Below, in pieces: positions 1 through 13,041 of a stretch of DNA of 64,000 nucleotides; positions within the stretch are counted from its first letter, which is position 1, and each line of letters opens with the position of its first letter. The stretch spans positions 181,350,001 through 181,414,000 of the forward strand of contig OZ024741.1 of NCBI GenBank assembly GCA_964016885.1, read 5' to 3'. Below the pieces are notes generated by a model that was not told the origin of the DNA, made no database searches, and saw nothing but the letters and a program-made list of their open reading frames with translations. Position numbers and translations under genes: made by a program. The DNA comes from Eledone cirrhosa (lineage: Eukaryota).

Positions 1-1135
1 TGGGTATAAACAGCAACAATAACAATAACAACAACAAATATAACAATTACTACTAACTTGATAGCGTCTATAAATGTTTCTTAATGATATTGTTTGAATA
101 TCTTGTTCTTACGTGGAGGTGATAGCTGTTTCAGGGCTCCTTAATAGACCTTTGACTTTTAGTTAAGTATATTGTACTTCTGTGACATGTTCAATTGTTT
201 TCATTGTATCGTTTAAACGGATGACGGTGAACATATCTACTACATATGAAGTACCCTCTATAGATTTCGACAATCAGTTTTCAGTTGTTCGTTCAACTGT
301 ACGTTCATCTTGTGAATAAGGTGAAGGTGGCTAAGAATTCTACAGGCATGCATGCCCTTAACGTAATCCCGAAACCGAGTTTGTGTGACACAATACACGA
401 AAAGACTAGACTTTAGAATTACTGGCACAATCATCCAAATGGATTCCACACAGTTTTTCTCCCAATTTCACTCAGGTTACCAAACAAATGCACGTCATGC
501 AAATTAATCTGGTTATTTTATTTATGTACTACGCCCTGCTTGGTACGAATAATAACACTATAATAATATTGCTCTCTAGACAGAATGATGAGGTTAATTA
601 TCTTCTTATGAGGATACAATAATCTGTGAATGTATAAAGATAGTTTTTTTTATGTTTTTTTCTGCAGAGAAAGTAAAGGAAAGTTTTACAATGGGGTTTT
701 ATAAAAAAAACTGTTATTATATCTAAATTAAATTTATCTAAAATACTTTAATATATGCTATGTTCTAACATATATATTGTTTGAATTATTTTACCAAACT
801 TAAATGCACATCATGCAAAATATACTGATTACTTAGGTTACATTTTAGATCCTACTTGTCATATATAGACACTTAGAGATGGTTATCTTCTAATGAGGAG
901 GCAATGACCTCAGAAATGCATAAATATAATCTTTTGTTTCCTGTCTAAAGAAAAAGTAATGAGAAGTATTTACACTTCTTCATCTTTTAAAGCGAAAGTT
1001 TCTAATTAAAATAAGGTAATTAAATTTTTCCTAAATCGCTTCCTTCTTTCTACATATCAATTTTAACCCTCATCTCAAACTTATATATATCATTATGTAT
1101 CGTTATGTACCACATCTAATTTCTATATCACACAC

Positions 1136-1182
<47 letters not shown>

Positions 1183-1184
1183 AA

Positions 1185-1375
1185 GGCGGTGGATTGGCAG
1201 TATCGGTGGAGGGTAGAACGCCATGCTTTATAGCACAAAGTTACGTCCCTTTACAGACTGAGTTAAAATCCCGCCGAGGTTAACTTTGCCTTTCATCCAT
1301 ACGGGGTCGATAAAATAAAGTACTAGTAATGTACTGTGTAATTGCTGGCCTTGTGCCAAAAGTAGAAACAATTAT
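1185..1375 (+). mobile_element. tRNA-derived SINE (main family), full copy
   Basis: GGCGGTGGATTGGCAG head (A-box-like), GAGTTAAAATCC B-box-like, core GCCTTTCATCC..GGGGTCGATAAAATAAAGTAC, tail GGCCTTGTGCCAAAAGTAGAAACAATT; lies within (ATT)n; many further copies in the window. Confidence 0.85.
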
Positions 1376-1397
1376 TATTATTATTAGGGTTATGGGT

Positions 1398-1632
1398 AGA
1401 GTATAAATCTAGACATGACAGAGTTGGCCAATATCTACACTGGTTAATATGTCGGCATTATAAAGTCAAAACTGCTGACAAGTGGTACAAACATCACCCT
1501 GAGGCTGTAACTGAAGGAGAAAATGTAACGATTCTTTGAGACTTTCTTGACATACTGACAGAACCATCAAAGCTAATAGACAGGATATTATTGTAAAATA
1601 CCAACATAACTAAGTCTGATTATTGATGATGC
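1398..1632 (+). pseudogene. Fragment of an R4/Dong-like LINE C-terminus (RHD motif to restriction-like endonuclease)
   Basis: Manual translation YKSRHDRVGQYLHWLICRHY..KWYKHHPEAVTEGENVTIL*DF..TDRTIKANRQDII parallels the C-terminus of the element at 5.5-5.7 kb. Confidence 0.7.
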
Positions 1633-1924
1633 ATGGATATATATATATAATGTATATATGTATATATATGTGTATATATATATATGTATGTGCGTCTGTG
1701 TACGTGTGTGTGTATTTGTGTGTACGTGTATGTATATGCATGTGTGTGTATGTGTATATATGTATATATATATATATATATAAACTCTACATATAATCAA
1801 TATAGTGTGTTACCTGGCTTACTAATGTATACAGTGAGTTTATTTGCCCTAGGTGTCAGGAAAACATCCGGCCAAAAATGGAAACAAAACTGAAGGATGA
1901 GGAAAACAAACCATAATAATAATA

Positions 1925-2080
1925 ATTGTTTCTATTTTTGGCACAAGGGCAGCAATTTGAAGGGAACGGAAAGTCGATTAAATCGAATCCAGTGCGTGAC
2001 TGGTATTTTATTTTATGGACCCCGTAAGGATGATAGGCTAAGCTAACCTCGGCAGGCTGTTCGACACTCTACCGATACTG
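1925..2080 (-). mobile_element. SINE, degenerate partial copy
   Basis: Reverse complement of the SINE core and tail, followed by (AAT)n. Confidence 0.7.
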
Positions 2081-2122
2081 CAAATCCAAATGATAATGAT
2101 AATAACAATAATAACAACAATA

Positions 2123-2175
<53 letters not shown>

Positions 2176-2489
2176 TATAGAAATAAAAAATTATAGAAAA
2201 AATTATAGTCGAAAAATTATAGAACAGAACACAGACAGAAGCAAACGCAACAACAAACACAAATTTCAAAAGTTTTGAACACAACAACCCCTACTTCCCT
2301 TAGCAGCAGCAGCAACAACAACACTAGTAACCGATGTTACTGGTCTTGTAAAACAAAAAACGCAAAGGAGAAAAACAAACAAAAAAAGAAAAAAAAACTA
2401 AGTCAGACATTCAAACATTACAATGAAACTTATGTTTATTTTTGTTTTTTTTAGGTTTTTATCTATTTGTTTGTTTATTTATGTTCGTC

Positions 2490-5400
2490 TACAGTGTGAT
2501 GGTGCCACGCTAAAATCACCGGGGGTGATGAAATCACCGGTAGTTATGTAACCATACATTCACCAATCCTCGATATGAGTGCTTAAATGTCGAACCTAAA
2601 CAGTTCGAATAACGGTGGAGACTGGAATGTCATGTGACAGACTCTCACCCAGCAGGTGCTCCCTGGCCCAGCAGCAGGGACCTGGCTGTCATCCAAATAC
2701 TGCTGGTGTTGGAGGAAGAAGAAGAAGGAAAGGGACCAGAACCAACTGGACGAAATAATTGAATAGAACTGTTATGCAATGTTACCTGAAGAGTAACCCA
2801 AAGGAAAAAACGCTATAGAAAACGGATGCATAACATCTGGAACGAGATTGGTCTATTTAAATTAGATGAACAAAAATTGGCCGGGCAGGCTCGGGTAATA
2901 AGAACTAATGGGTGGATAAGCGAGCTGGAACTGGAGAAGCTGAGCATAGAGATTAGGTTGGAAATGGAGAGTGGATTATGGCAGGCAAACGAGCCAGTGG
3001 GAAATGAAGGTGAAGAGGTTGAGAGAACGGAGGAACCATCCGAAGCAGACAATGATCTGAATGCTGAAAAAAATAATACCTGGAACAAAGATACGGCCAT
3101 TGAGGAAATGAATGCTGGCGGGCTAGGACAAGATTTGGTTGATATCCTAAACTTAGTGGTAGATGAAATAAACAATGATAGTGGGAAACCTATGAATCTA
3201 AGATTTGTAGACAGGAAAAAGTTAAAAGAAACAACAGCTAAGGTAAACAAAGTCATCCCATACCTTGAGGCGAGGAGCCGTCACCAGTGCAACAATATCC
3301 TCAAAGCAACAGCAAATGCGGTGGGGAAATTACTTGGCATAAAAGCGAGAGGAAACAATAAACAAGAAAGATCAGAACCTTGGTGGAAGAAACGACTGAA
3401 TGGTCAAATCAGGGAAATGAGAAATGACATTGGAAAGTTTGAGTCCCTACTGAATGGGACACTAAAAAACATAGACACTAAAATAAACTGGAAATAAAGT
3501 ACAAAACTAGGAGGAAAAAGCTAAATATTATCATAGAGGAACTGAAGCAATGCATTGTAGCAAAGAGTGCAAAGATTAGGCGATACGAGAGCAGAGTCAG
3601 TCAGTATAGACAGAACCGCATGTTTGATAACAGCCAGAAGATGTTTTTTGGACAGCTTGAGGGGAAAGAAAGAGGCAACGACTTGATCCCTGAGGCGGAA
3701 CAAACTAAGACATTCTGGAGAGGAATATGGGAGCAGGATGTTAAACATAATGATCAGGCAGTGTGGATTGAGACAGTACAAAAGGAGATTAGTGAACAGG
3801 CACACCAACAAACTGATTTGAGTATCACAGTTGAAATTCTTAAGGGGCAGGCCAAAAAACTAACCAACTGGAAATCACCAGGCCCAGATGTGTGCAGGGG
3901 TATTGGATTAAAAATATAACATCCCTCCACCCGAAACTGACAACCATGTTCAATGACTGCTTGATGTCAGGTGAGGTACCAGAGTGGTTGACAAAAAGTT
4001 ATCACAGTTCTGGTAATGAAAGACCGAATCAAGGGAATTGATGTTACCAACTATAGACCTATCACATGTCTGTCCGTAATGTGGAAACTGTTAACAAGCA
4101 TTGTGTCTGAGTAAATCTACCATCACCTCCACATAAACAACTTGTTACCGGACGAACAGAAAGGATGCCGAAAGAAGTCCCGTGGTACAAAGGACCAGTT
4201 ACTTATTGATAAGATGGTAATGAGGAATTGCAAGAGGAGACACACTAGTCTTGCCATGGGATGGATAGACTACAAAAAGGCATTTGACATGGTACCTCAT
4301 TCTTGGATCACCAAAAGCCTAGAGATCTTCAAGGTGGCAGATAACATCAGACAGTTGTTGAGCAAAAGTATGAATTCCTGGAAAACAGAGTTAACATCGG
4401 CTGGAGAATCCTTGGGAGGCGTGAAGATCAAGAGAGGTATCTTCCAGGGAGATAATCTGTCCCCTCTGTTGTTTGTCCTTGCCCTGATGCCCCTGACCAT
4501 TATACTGCGAAAAGTGAGAGCAGGATACAAGTTGAGAAAGGGAGAGCTTACCATCAATCACCTCCTCTTCATGGACGATCTTAAGCTCTTCGGGAAGAGT
4601 GAGAAGGAGTTGGATGTGCTTGTTGACACTGTCCGTATTTTCAGCAATGATATATGTATGCAATTTGGTATTAGTAAGTGTGAAGTCCTTGTGATGAGGA
4701 GGGGTAAATTGAGCAGAAGCAACGGAATCCTGGTACCAACAGGTGAGATGATAAAGGAAATTGGCACTGAAGAAGGATATAAATATTTAGGTGTTCTGGA
4801 GGCTGATGACATCAAGAACATAAAAAAATGAAGGAATTGATAAGATCTGAATACATCCGGAGAGTAAGGAGCGTATTAAAATCATATCTGAACAGTAGGA
4901 ATGCCATAAGTGCAGTAAATTCCCGAGCTGTGTCTATTATTAGCTACAGTGCGGGAATTCTGAAATGGAATGTTGTTGAACAAAAAGAAATGGATAGGAA
5001 GTCTAGGAAGCTATTGACTATCTACAACATGTTCCACAAGAGGAGTGATGTCGATAGACTCTACTTAAGGAGATCTGAAGGTGGAAGAGGTCTTATCAGC
5101 ATAGAGGACTGTGTTCAGATGGAGAAAAACAACCTACACAAATACGTGACTGATAGTAGGGAGCCAATGCTCAGAATTGTACTGAAGGAGAGGACAATAG
5201 ACCAGGGGATGTCCAAGGAGGAAATAACAAGGAGAAAGAGCAACTTTCATGAAGAATCCCTTCATAGTACCTTCTTTGAGAAAACTGAATTTAGAGATCC
5301 ACAGACATGGAACTGGTTGAAAAGAGGAGACCTTAAGAAGGCTACAGAAGGAATGCTAATGGCTGCGCAAGAGCAGGCCCTCAAAACGAAGTGGCTGAAA

Positions 5401-6052
5401 CACCATATTTACAAGGAGTAGGCTAGCCCGCTGTGTAGGATCTGTGGAGGGAGAGAGGAGACTGTGGCTCACATTGTATCCGAGTGTAAACACCTAGCCT
5501 AGACTCACTATAAATGCCGGAGACATGATGTGATGGGCAGGGTGATCTACTGGCACCTATGCAAAGTAAACAATTTACCACATTCTGAGAAGTGATAGAA
5601 AACGATCAGGTGAATGTGCTGTGGGATTTTAGGATACAGACGGACAAGAAACTGGATCACAATAGACCTGACCTGGTGGTTTTGGACAAGGAAAAAAGAT
5701 CATGTTTGATTGTGGATGTAGCCTGCCCATTCGACACGAGAGTGCAAGAGAAGGAGAGGGAGAAAATTAACTGATACCAGGACTTAAAGTGGGAGGTAAA
5801 AAGGAACTGCCATGAAGTCAAAGTGGTCACGATTGTCATAGGCGCACTAGGTACTATCTCAAAGAGTTTCCAAGGATGGTTAAAGAAAATTGGTCGCGCC
5901 CCGCTTTTTGGAACACTTCAAAAGGCATGCTTGCTGGGAACAGCAAGAACCCTCCGATACGTCCTAAATATCTGAGGCTGCAGGTAGTGGCTTGATATTC
6001 ATTTCAACAAATTTTCCAGTTAAATAACATCAATGACTGAGACTCAAAGAAC

Positions 6053-6087
<35 letters not shown>
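2490..6087 (+). mobile_element. Near full-length decayed R4/Dong-clade non-LTR retrotransposon (RT, CCHC knuckle, restriction-like endonuclease)
   Basis: Frameshifted ORFs 2826-5975: [79 protein letters not shown]; ends in (AAT)n, consistent with Dong targeting of TAA repeats; 5' boundary approximate. Confidence 0.9.
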
Positions 6088-6144
<57 letters not shown>

Positions 6145-6148
<4 letters not shown>

Positions 6149-6300
6149 ATGTTTGACCCCGACGGCAGAGCTCAAGCCGTTTCGACGGCTTGAGCTCTGC
6201 CGTCGGGGTCAAACATTTTCCTATTACCCACTCTACTACCCTAAGTATTGAGTACTCTGGCGTGTTATGGTCCATCTGGTTCCTTACCCCATCTCCTTCG

Positions 6301-6302
<2 letters not shown>
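6145..6302 (+). repeat. Short (TA)n-embedded element with a perfect 36-bp foldback
   Basis: 6145-6180 and 6185-6220 are exact reverse complements (loop TTCG); tail 6221-6302 is shared with 6890-6970. Confidence 0.85.
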
Positions 6303-6378
<76 letters not shown>

Positions 6379-6384
<6 letters not shown>

Positions 6385-6701
6385 AATTATCTATTTATGT
6401 TCATGTATGGAAAAATACTTTTTGTTTATAAATAAGCATTTAGAAATCCGTAGCTATGCAAAAACACCGGCGGCTATCACCACCTGGCCTCATTCATACA
6501 GACGAGAAAACTTTATATTCTCGCCTGTTTTCAAGTCTAGCTGCAAGAGCGGGGGGATCGTTTTGATGAAAACCAGTTCAGTTCGAAATGCATCGACAAT
6601 TGTCCCCCCCTTGCTTCTGCTGGACACCGCCGATGTTTTTTGTATAGCTACTGCTATCTAAATGTTTATTTATAAACGGTATTTCTTTAGAAATACGAAA
6701 T

Positions 6702-6707
<6 letters not shown>
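6379..6707 (+). mobile_element. Hammerhead-bearing non-autonomous repeat (subfamily B), 5'-truncated with an inverted 5' segment
   Basis: Homologous to 42850-43140(-) and 52701-52820(+); about 6423-6472 is an inverted copy of about 6627-6677; (TA)n on both sides. Confidence 0.7.
6535..6625 (+). ncRNA. Degenerate minimal type I hammerhead ribozyme with extended stem I
   Basis: TTGATGA 6563-6569 (C3>T), stem II AAC..GTT, GAA then palindromic ATGCAT, AUC site at 6594; closing pairs GGGGGG/CCCCCC, GCAAG/CTTGC, GTCTAGC/GCTGGAC. Confidence 0.6.
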
Positions 6708-6775
<68 letters not shown>

Positions 6776-6780
<5 letters not shown>

Positions 6781-6970
6781 AACGTGTAGGACCCCGAGGG
6801 CTGAGCTCAAGCCGTTTCGACGGCTAATTCTGGACCAGAATTAGCTGTCGAAACGGCTTGAGCTCAGTCGTCGGGGTCCGACTCGTTCCTATTAACCACT
6901 CTACTACCCTAAGTATTGAGTACTTTGATGCGTTATGGTCCATCTGGTTCCTTACCACATTTCCTTCGTT
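6776..6970 (+). repeat. Second copy of the short foldback element
   Basis: Imperfect palindrome 6776-6892 centred on 6834; same tail as 6221-6302; (TA)n flanks. Confidence 0.85.
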
Positions 6971-7423
6971 ATATATATATATATGAAATGAATGAATTGT
7001 GTAATACCCTTTTCTTACCAAATGCGTAGAAGGTCGATATATTAACCCCCCAGGAAGGGGCACAGAGCATAATCTTTTAAATTATATATATACAGTGGCG
7101 GTGAAACTGGGTGGGGTCGAGTGGGGGCAAGCCCCCCTCCAATGATTATGTTTTCTCCCCAAACTAGTAAAATACTATTTGGATATGCGTAGAATTGATG
7201 GACATGCTATGTTTATCACATATCGAAGTTTTCTGACCATTTTAAAGTGCAAAGATCTAAACTAATCATTACAACTAAATTGTCTAAATTTGCTCCCCCT
7301 CCATTCATAAATACTTCCACTTCCCCTGCTAATACAGCTGAAACCAAATTTGGCTGAGGGATAAATGCAGATAGAAAGACAATTCAAAATCTCATTTCGT
7401 GTGCCTTTTTCTCGGCAAAGTTT

Positions 7424-7650
7424 TTAACCAATTTTAGCTAAACCACGCGATGAAGCCTGAGCATATTCAATTGTCATAGTTGCCAAGCCAACAAGTCTCT
7501 CTTGCAATATTGTAAAGTGAGTGAAAGATTTTATAAGCTTGAGCTGTGAGAAACTACTCTCACCACTTGCCACTGATACTGGAAGTGTGAGAAGGATCCT
7601 CAATACAATGGCAACATTAGGGAAACTAGCAGAAAAACCACCCTTCAGGT
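7424..7650 (-). pseudogene. hAT transposase C-terminal dimerisation-domain remnant
   Basis: FPNVAIVLRILLTLPVSVASGESSFSQLKLIKS..QERLVGLA fits the hATC motif; hAT-like terminal sequences near 7093 (CAGTGGCGG) and 8270-8284 (GCGCCGGTCCTG). Confidence 0.8.
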
Positions 7651-8519
7651 GGTTTTCTGCTAGCATGTGTAGTGTGTATATTGATATTATACACAAACAT
7701 ATATGCATGTAAATAAAATCGTAATTGACAATATACACAGAAATTGAACGAAGACTGTGTTACACTGTCTTCTGTAATCAGTAACGTAATCCATGATACA
7801 TTTAAAAAAAGACGATATTATATATAAACTGCATTGGGAGAAAATTAGTGACGGAAATATATGCGATTATAAGTGTTATAATATAACGGCCGCTAACCGG
7901 AAGTGTTGACATTTTAAAGAAGTGAATCTTTAAATAAGCTATAAAATATATTTAATCAACAGCCACGAAACTTAGTAGATAAATTATGTAATATTCATTC
8001 ATAATTTATTCAAAGTAATCCAACTTATTAAAAAAAATATATATTCTGGATGCAGTCCCGCATTCCTTTCTTTATTATAGTTAAGATTATCCAAAGGATT
8101 TTGCTGGTTCTTGTCAGACTGAATCTACCCGATTATTTGTCTCTGTATGAAATAAACCAGGATAAAATCGACCCTCAATAAAACTAAAATTTATTTATTT
8201 ATTTTTCAAAATCATTGCTGATTTGGAGAAATGCGCCCCATGAAATCAGTGCCCTAGTTCGCCTATATGGTAGCGCCGGTCCTGGTATTAGTAATAATTA
8301 GGTAAAGATATCCTAGGTATAAAACAACTCAAGTTCGTAGGGCGAGTTTTAATATAATTATTAAGGCCAATTACGACAATGGCACCATACCAGGTATGTA
8401 CGCTTCATTAGTCCGGAGCACCAACTTTTTCAACCGGTGCCGATGAAAATGAACATTGTATGGTTGTAATCACTAAAGAAAGAGCCCTCAATATGTATTC
8501 CCTAGGAATACGCGTAATA

Positions 8520-8990
8520 ACAAAAATACGTACATACAATCACCCACACACACCGAGCATCATAATAAACATTAGCAGAACATTCCTAGCTCTAGTAAAT
8601 AAACACTTTTTACCTAGCCACCCTTACAGGAAAGCGCTCAACAAACACAAATTTAAAGTTAGTTTTAACTCAATGTCCAATTTTAAATCAATTATAACCA
8701 GTAAGTCACCATTACCCAACCTAGCCGGATGCTCACGTAGGATCAGAAAAGCTTGTCCTCTAGTGGGGGAATGTAAGACAGAGGCCATAGTCTACGAGGC
8801 AAGAGGGAAATCTTCAAACCCAGACGTCACCACCAACCTCAAGCCGTACATCGGTCTTATGAAACGACAGTTTAAAGACGGTTACAACAACCACGCGGCG
8901 TCGTTTCGTTAAAGGAGAAAAGGTATACGACAAAACTAATGATTGTAACATAAACTGGAAGATAGAAAAATGGAAACCCTATATTTAATG
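8520..8990 (+). pseudogene. Penelope-like (Naiad-type) linker and GIY-YIG fragment
   Basis: YNHPH..FLALVNKHFLPSHPYRKALNKHKFKVSF..CPLVGECKTEAIVYEA..YIG..FKDGYNNH. Confidence 0.8.
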
Positions 8991-9912
8991 GATCTAAGAG
9001 ATGAGGAATTCAAGAGATGGCTTACATGAAAAAATTCATTGGATCCAAACTCATGCCTCAACTCGAGAAACGAGATATGTCAGCCATGCCCGCATAGAAC
9101 AAAATATATATTCCGGTTTTGGTCACCAAATAACCAGTCATCCACCAATCGCCAAGGATAACATGATCCAAGACCTAATTTTTTCAGAAACCGAATAACC
9201 AAACATTCCAGATAAAAGACTGCCAGCATGCTTGACCTCTCCTGTACCGATTTAAAAGATATATGCGCGCGCACGTGGGCTTCGATACATGTAGATACAT
9301 ATATGTGTGTCTGCTTGTGTACGAATGCCTCGTGTGTGACAGTGTGTGCACGTATTTTGATTTCTACATGTATCCCGAGGGATGCTTTTTCAGGAGAAAC
9401 TTTACTGATGTATCACCGGCGGTGACTTTTCGATCACTGACGAACAAAACAAGATTAACTTGCTTCGGGAAACTCCGAGTACCTAGAAAGATATATTCCA
9501 GTTTGCCATGTATACACACACACACACACACAGACGCACACACATATATATATATATATGCATAACGTCTGTCTGTTTATCTTTTACATCATCTCTGGTT
9601 CTCCTAGTCCTCATCTGTATCTGTTATCTTTTCCCTTAACTTTATCACTATCTACGCAGTTATCAGAGATTGAATCAGATAACCTATAATTCCAGAGTTC
9701 TAGAGATAACGTAGCGACAACAAATCCAAATTAGAAATTAATTCTGAACAATTTCTAAAGGATTTCAAAACAATAGTTTTTCTCTGAAGATAGCAGCAGT
9801 TATAATTATTTTATAATGATTAGACATTTTTCTGAAACACAAGTCGATAATTTGGAATGATTTGTGGCTAATTTGAATTTGTAACAAAGAAAAATAATTT
9901 CCATTAAATTGG

Positions 9913-10110
9913 CATGGCTGTGTAGGCATAGGCATTGTTGTGTGGTTAAGATGTTCGCTGTGCAGCAACGTGGTTTCAGGTTCAATCATACTGTGTGGCA
10001 CATTGTGTGTGTTCTAGTATAGCTTCTACGAATGAGTTGTGAATAAAATTAGGTAGGTGGAAACTGAGCGGAAGCCCATCGTGTATATAAATATTTGTGT
10101 CTGTGTTTGC
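9913..10110 (+). mobile_element. Second tRNA-derived SINE family, degenerate
   Basis: GTGTGGTTAAG A-box-like, GGTTCAATC B-box-like, GGAAACTGA..GAAGCCC.TCG tail into a TG-rich repeat; reverse-strand relative near 16490-16620. Confidence 0.55.
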
Positions 10111-11609
10111 GTATGTGTCACCACGTATTTCTTCACATTGAAATCCCTTAAAAATATGGTGCCATTTGTTTATATCAGCTTAGTAGTTCCACAAATGAAA
10201 TTCAGTGGAATAAGTACCATACTTTTAAACAAAAGTGAGGGTTGGCGACAGGAAGGGCATCTGACCATAGAAGACTGCGTCAAAAACGTTTCGTCCATCT
10301 CATAACTACACGGGGAAGAGGGCGTAAAACGATGATGACTGTGATAATGACTATGATGATGATGATGGTGATGATAATGTGGAGCCGCATTCTAGAATCA
10401 GGGCTTCTAAGATAAATAAAACCTACTTACGACTATTGGTTGTAAATAGTTTAGTTATACATACATATAACTAATGTCTTAAAACATTTATGTCACTTTT
10501 GATATTCAGATTGCAACAGGTGTGATAGATAATTGTGGCTACCCAGCTAGCAAATAAAGTAATTGGCTCTATTGATTGTAATGCAAATCAGGTTAAAGAA
10601 GCATTTTGCATAATTATATATTTAAAAACTTTACATTTTAAACTGATAGCATATTTGTTTACATTATATATCAGCGTAGATTTAAGCGTAAGAATTAAGT
10701 ATCATCATCATCGATCGACAGCCACAATCCTCTTCCACCTATTGCAGTTTTCACAGTCAATTGTTGTTTCATAGTCAGGTGATTAGCCCTATGCGGAATT
10801 AGAACTCAGAATAGAATGTGCGTACCAGTCCGACGCCTTAACATTTCCTTATACCCACCGCCACTGGATTGGTATTTCATTTTATCGAAACTGAATGGAT
10901 GAATGAAAGGCCCAGTTGAATTAGATGGGATTTGAACTCAGAGCGCGGAAAGTCAGGACAAAGATATTTCATCAGACGCTCTAACTATTCTCCCAAGTTG
11001 CCGCCCATGTTAAAACAGTATAAAGAACTAAACAATTATATATACATGCCAAACTTGCAGTACAAGATGATACGGGAATAAAATAAAAACGTTTTAAGTT
11101 AATAAATAAATTATACAGTTCCTCTGTGTTAAAATAGTGAATTGTTGAGAAGTTTCTTATCTATCAAAAGGATTTCTCCTAGCAGCTTTTTACAACCGGA
11201 TGCCTTTCTTGGTACCAACCAACCCTTTCTGTAGCTTCGTACAGCACGCAGAGATACGGTGTTTCTAATTTAGACTGGATATATGTAGTATATGTTTTAA
11301 CATATTCCAGGACATTTCCGAGTCAGTTTTCTCCCTCTTGTTTTCAGTCGTTTCTTTATTGTGTCCGAAGTGCGAGGTAGGCAACACGTAGCTTTCAAAT
11401 AGAAGCGACAATTATGGTTAGCTGGCTGAATTTCTTTTGTCCCAATGGGGTTTATTTTGGGAGTTTATTTTGGGAGAATAAACATGAGTAATATTTTTTG
11501 TAAAATTGTTACAAACTAGTAATTCCTCACAATATAGTGTTTCTTATATATTTGATATTTAACAATCTCTAAACCTGTTTCAGCATATTGTGGATCGTCT
11601 ATATTGGTG

Positions 11610-12895
11610 CATCAGAGGTGATGAAGAGGTGTGATATCATCCTGGAGTTCTGTAACCAGGCACTGGAGAAAGTAGTTGCCCCGAATCAGTGGAGGATCAG
11701 TAACATCGTCCCAGTGCCAAAGAAGGGAGATCTCTCTAACACTAACAACTACAGGGGGATCTCACTGACGTCACTTGTGGCAAAGACCCTCAACAGGATG
11801 ATTCTTAATAGGATCCAGCCCGAGATGGAGAAACTCAGGGACAAGCAGAACGGCTTCAGAGAGGGAAAATCAACCACCAGTCACATCCTGATGCTGAGGA
11901 GGATATTAGAGGGATCTAGAGCAAAGTGCCTTCCTGCGGTCATGGTTTTCATTGACTTTAGGAAGGCCTTTGATTCTGTGAACCGTCACTGCCTGATGAA
12001 GATCTTACAGGCTTATGGAATCCTCAAGAAGCCAGTAGACCTGATATCACTGCTCTACACCAACACCCAAGTCATTACACCTGATGGGATGACAGAGTTC
12101 TTTGAGATACTGGCTGGAGTGCTCCAGATTTAAGGCAAAAAAGATATCGGATGCTGAATTTGCCGATGACATAGTTTTGGTGACAAACACAGTGAAGGAG
12201 GCAGAGAATTTCATGGAGCAGGTGGAGACTGTGTCGATGAGTGTGGGGCTGAGAATGAATGAGATTAAGACAAAATATCTGGTAGACAATATTAAGAAAC
12301 CAGAGAAGATTACTAATGTAGGCGGGAAGCCGCTAGAATTGGTTGAGGACTTCCTGTATTTGGGAGCAAAGATTGGGAATACGGAAGTTGATGTGGTTGA
12401 GAGGAAGAGCAAATCCTGGGCGGCGTGCCAAAGCTTGAGATCGGTGTGGAAGTCAGAACTTCGTAAAGACCTGAAGATCCGCCTCTTCGTTGCTGTAGTG
12501 GAGTCTGTGCTGCTGTATGGGTCTGAGACTTGGACACTGACCAAGAAACTCACTCAGATGGCTGAGGATAGCTCTGAACATTAATCAGTATACACTGAGG
12601 ATGAAGAACTCAGAGCTGTACGGGAGCCTCCAAAAAGTCAGCTCAAAAGTGATACAGAGGAGACCGAGGTTAGCTGGACATGCTCACCGACATCCAGAGT
12701 TGACACTGCCCTCAGTGCTCCAGTGAGAGCCCCTGCATGGACCCACTGGAAGAGGAAGACCGAAGTTAACATATGTTGATGCCCTAAGGACAGACACTGG
12801 ACGCAGGACATGGCAGCGATAATAAGGGACAGAGACCGCTGGAGAGAGCTCGTCCATGGATCTCGGGAATTTTACCCGCCCTAGATAGATAGATA
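11610..12895 (+). mobile_element. 5'-truncated, internally deleted RTE-clade LINE
   Basis: PVPKKGDLS..NYRGISL, QNGFR, FIDFRKAFDSV, GVLQ jumping to EFADDIVL, FLYLG, LLYGSETWTLTK, LAGH, GRGRP; ends in (GATA)n. Confidence 0.9.
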
Positions 12896-12971
12896 TATTG
12901 GTGCTTGGACTGCTTTGAGTTATATAGTTCAGACGAAATGAGGATAAAGTTTTTTGTGTTGTTTCGTTTGC

Positions 12972-13041
<70 letters not shown>

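Noticed and set aside
1185-1290. tRNA genes at SINE heads
   Set aside because: A/B-box-like motifs are present but there is no cloverleaf, and each head continues into the SINE core
9430-9490. Hammerhead candidate CTGACGA..GAAACTCCGAGTA
   Set aside because: Core boxes are present but no convincing stem I pairing was found
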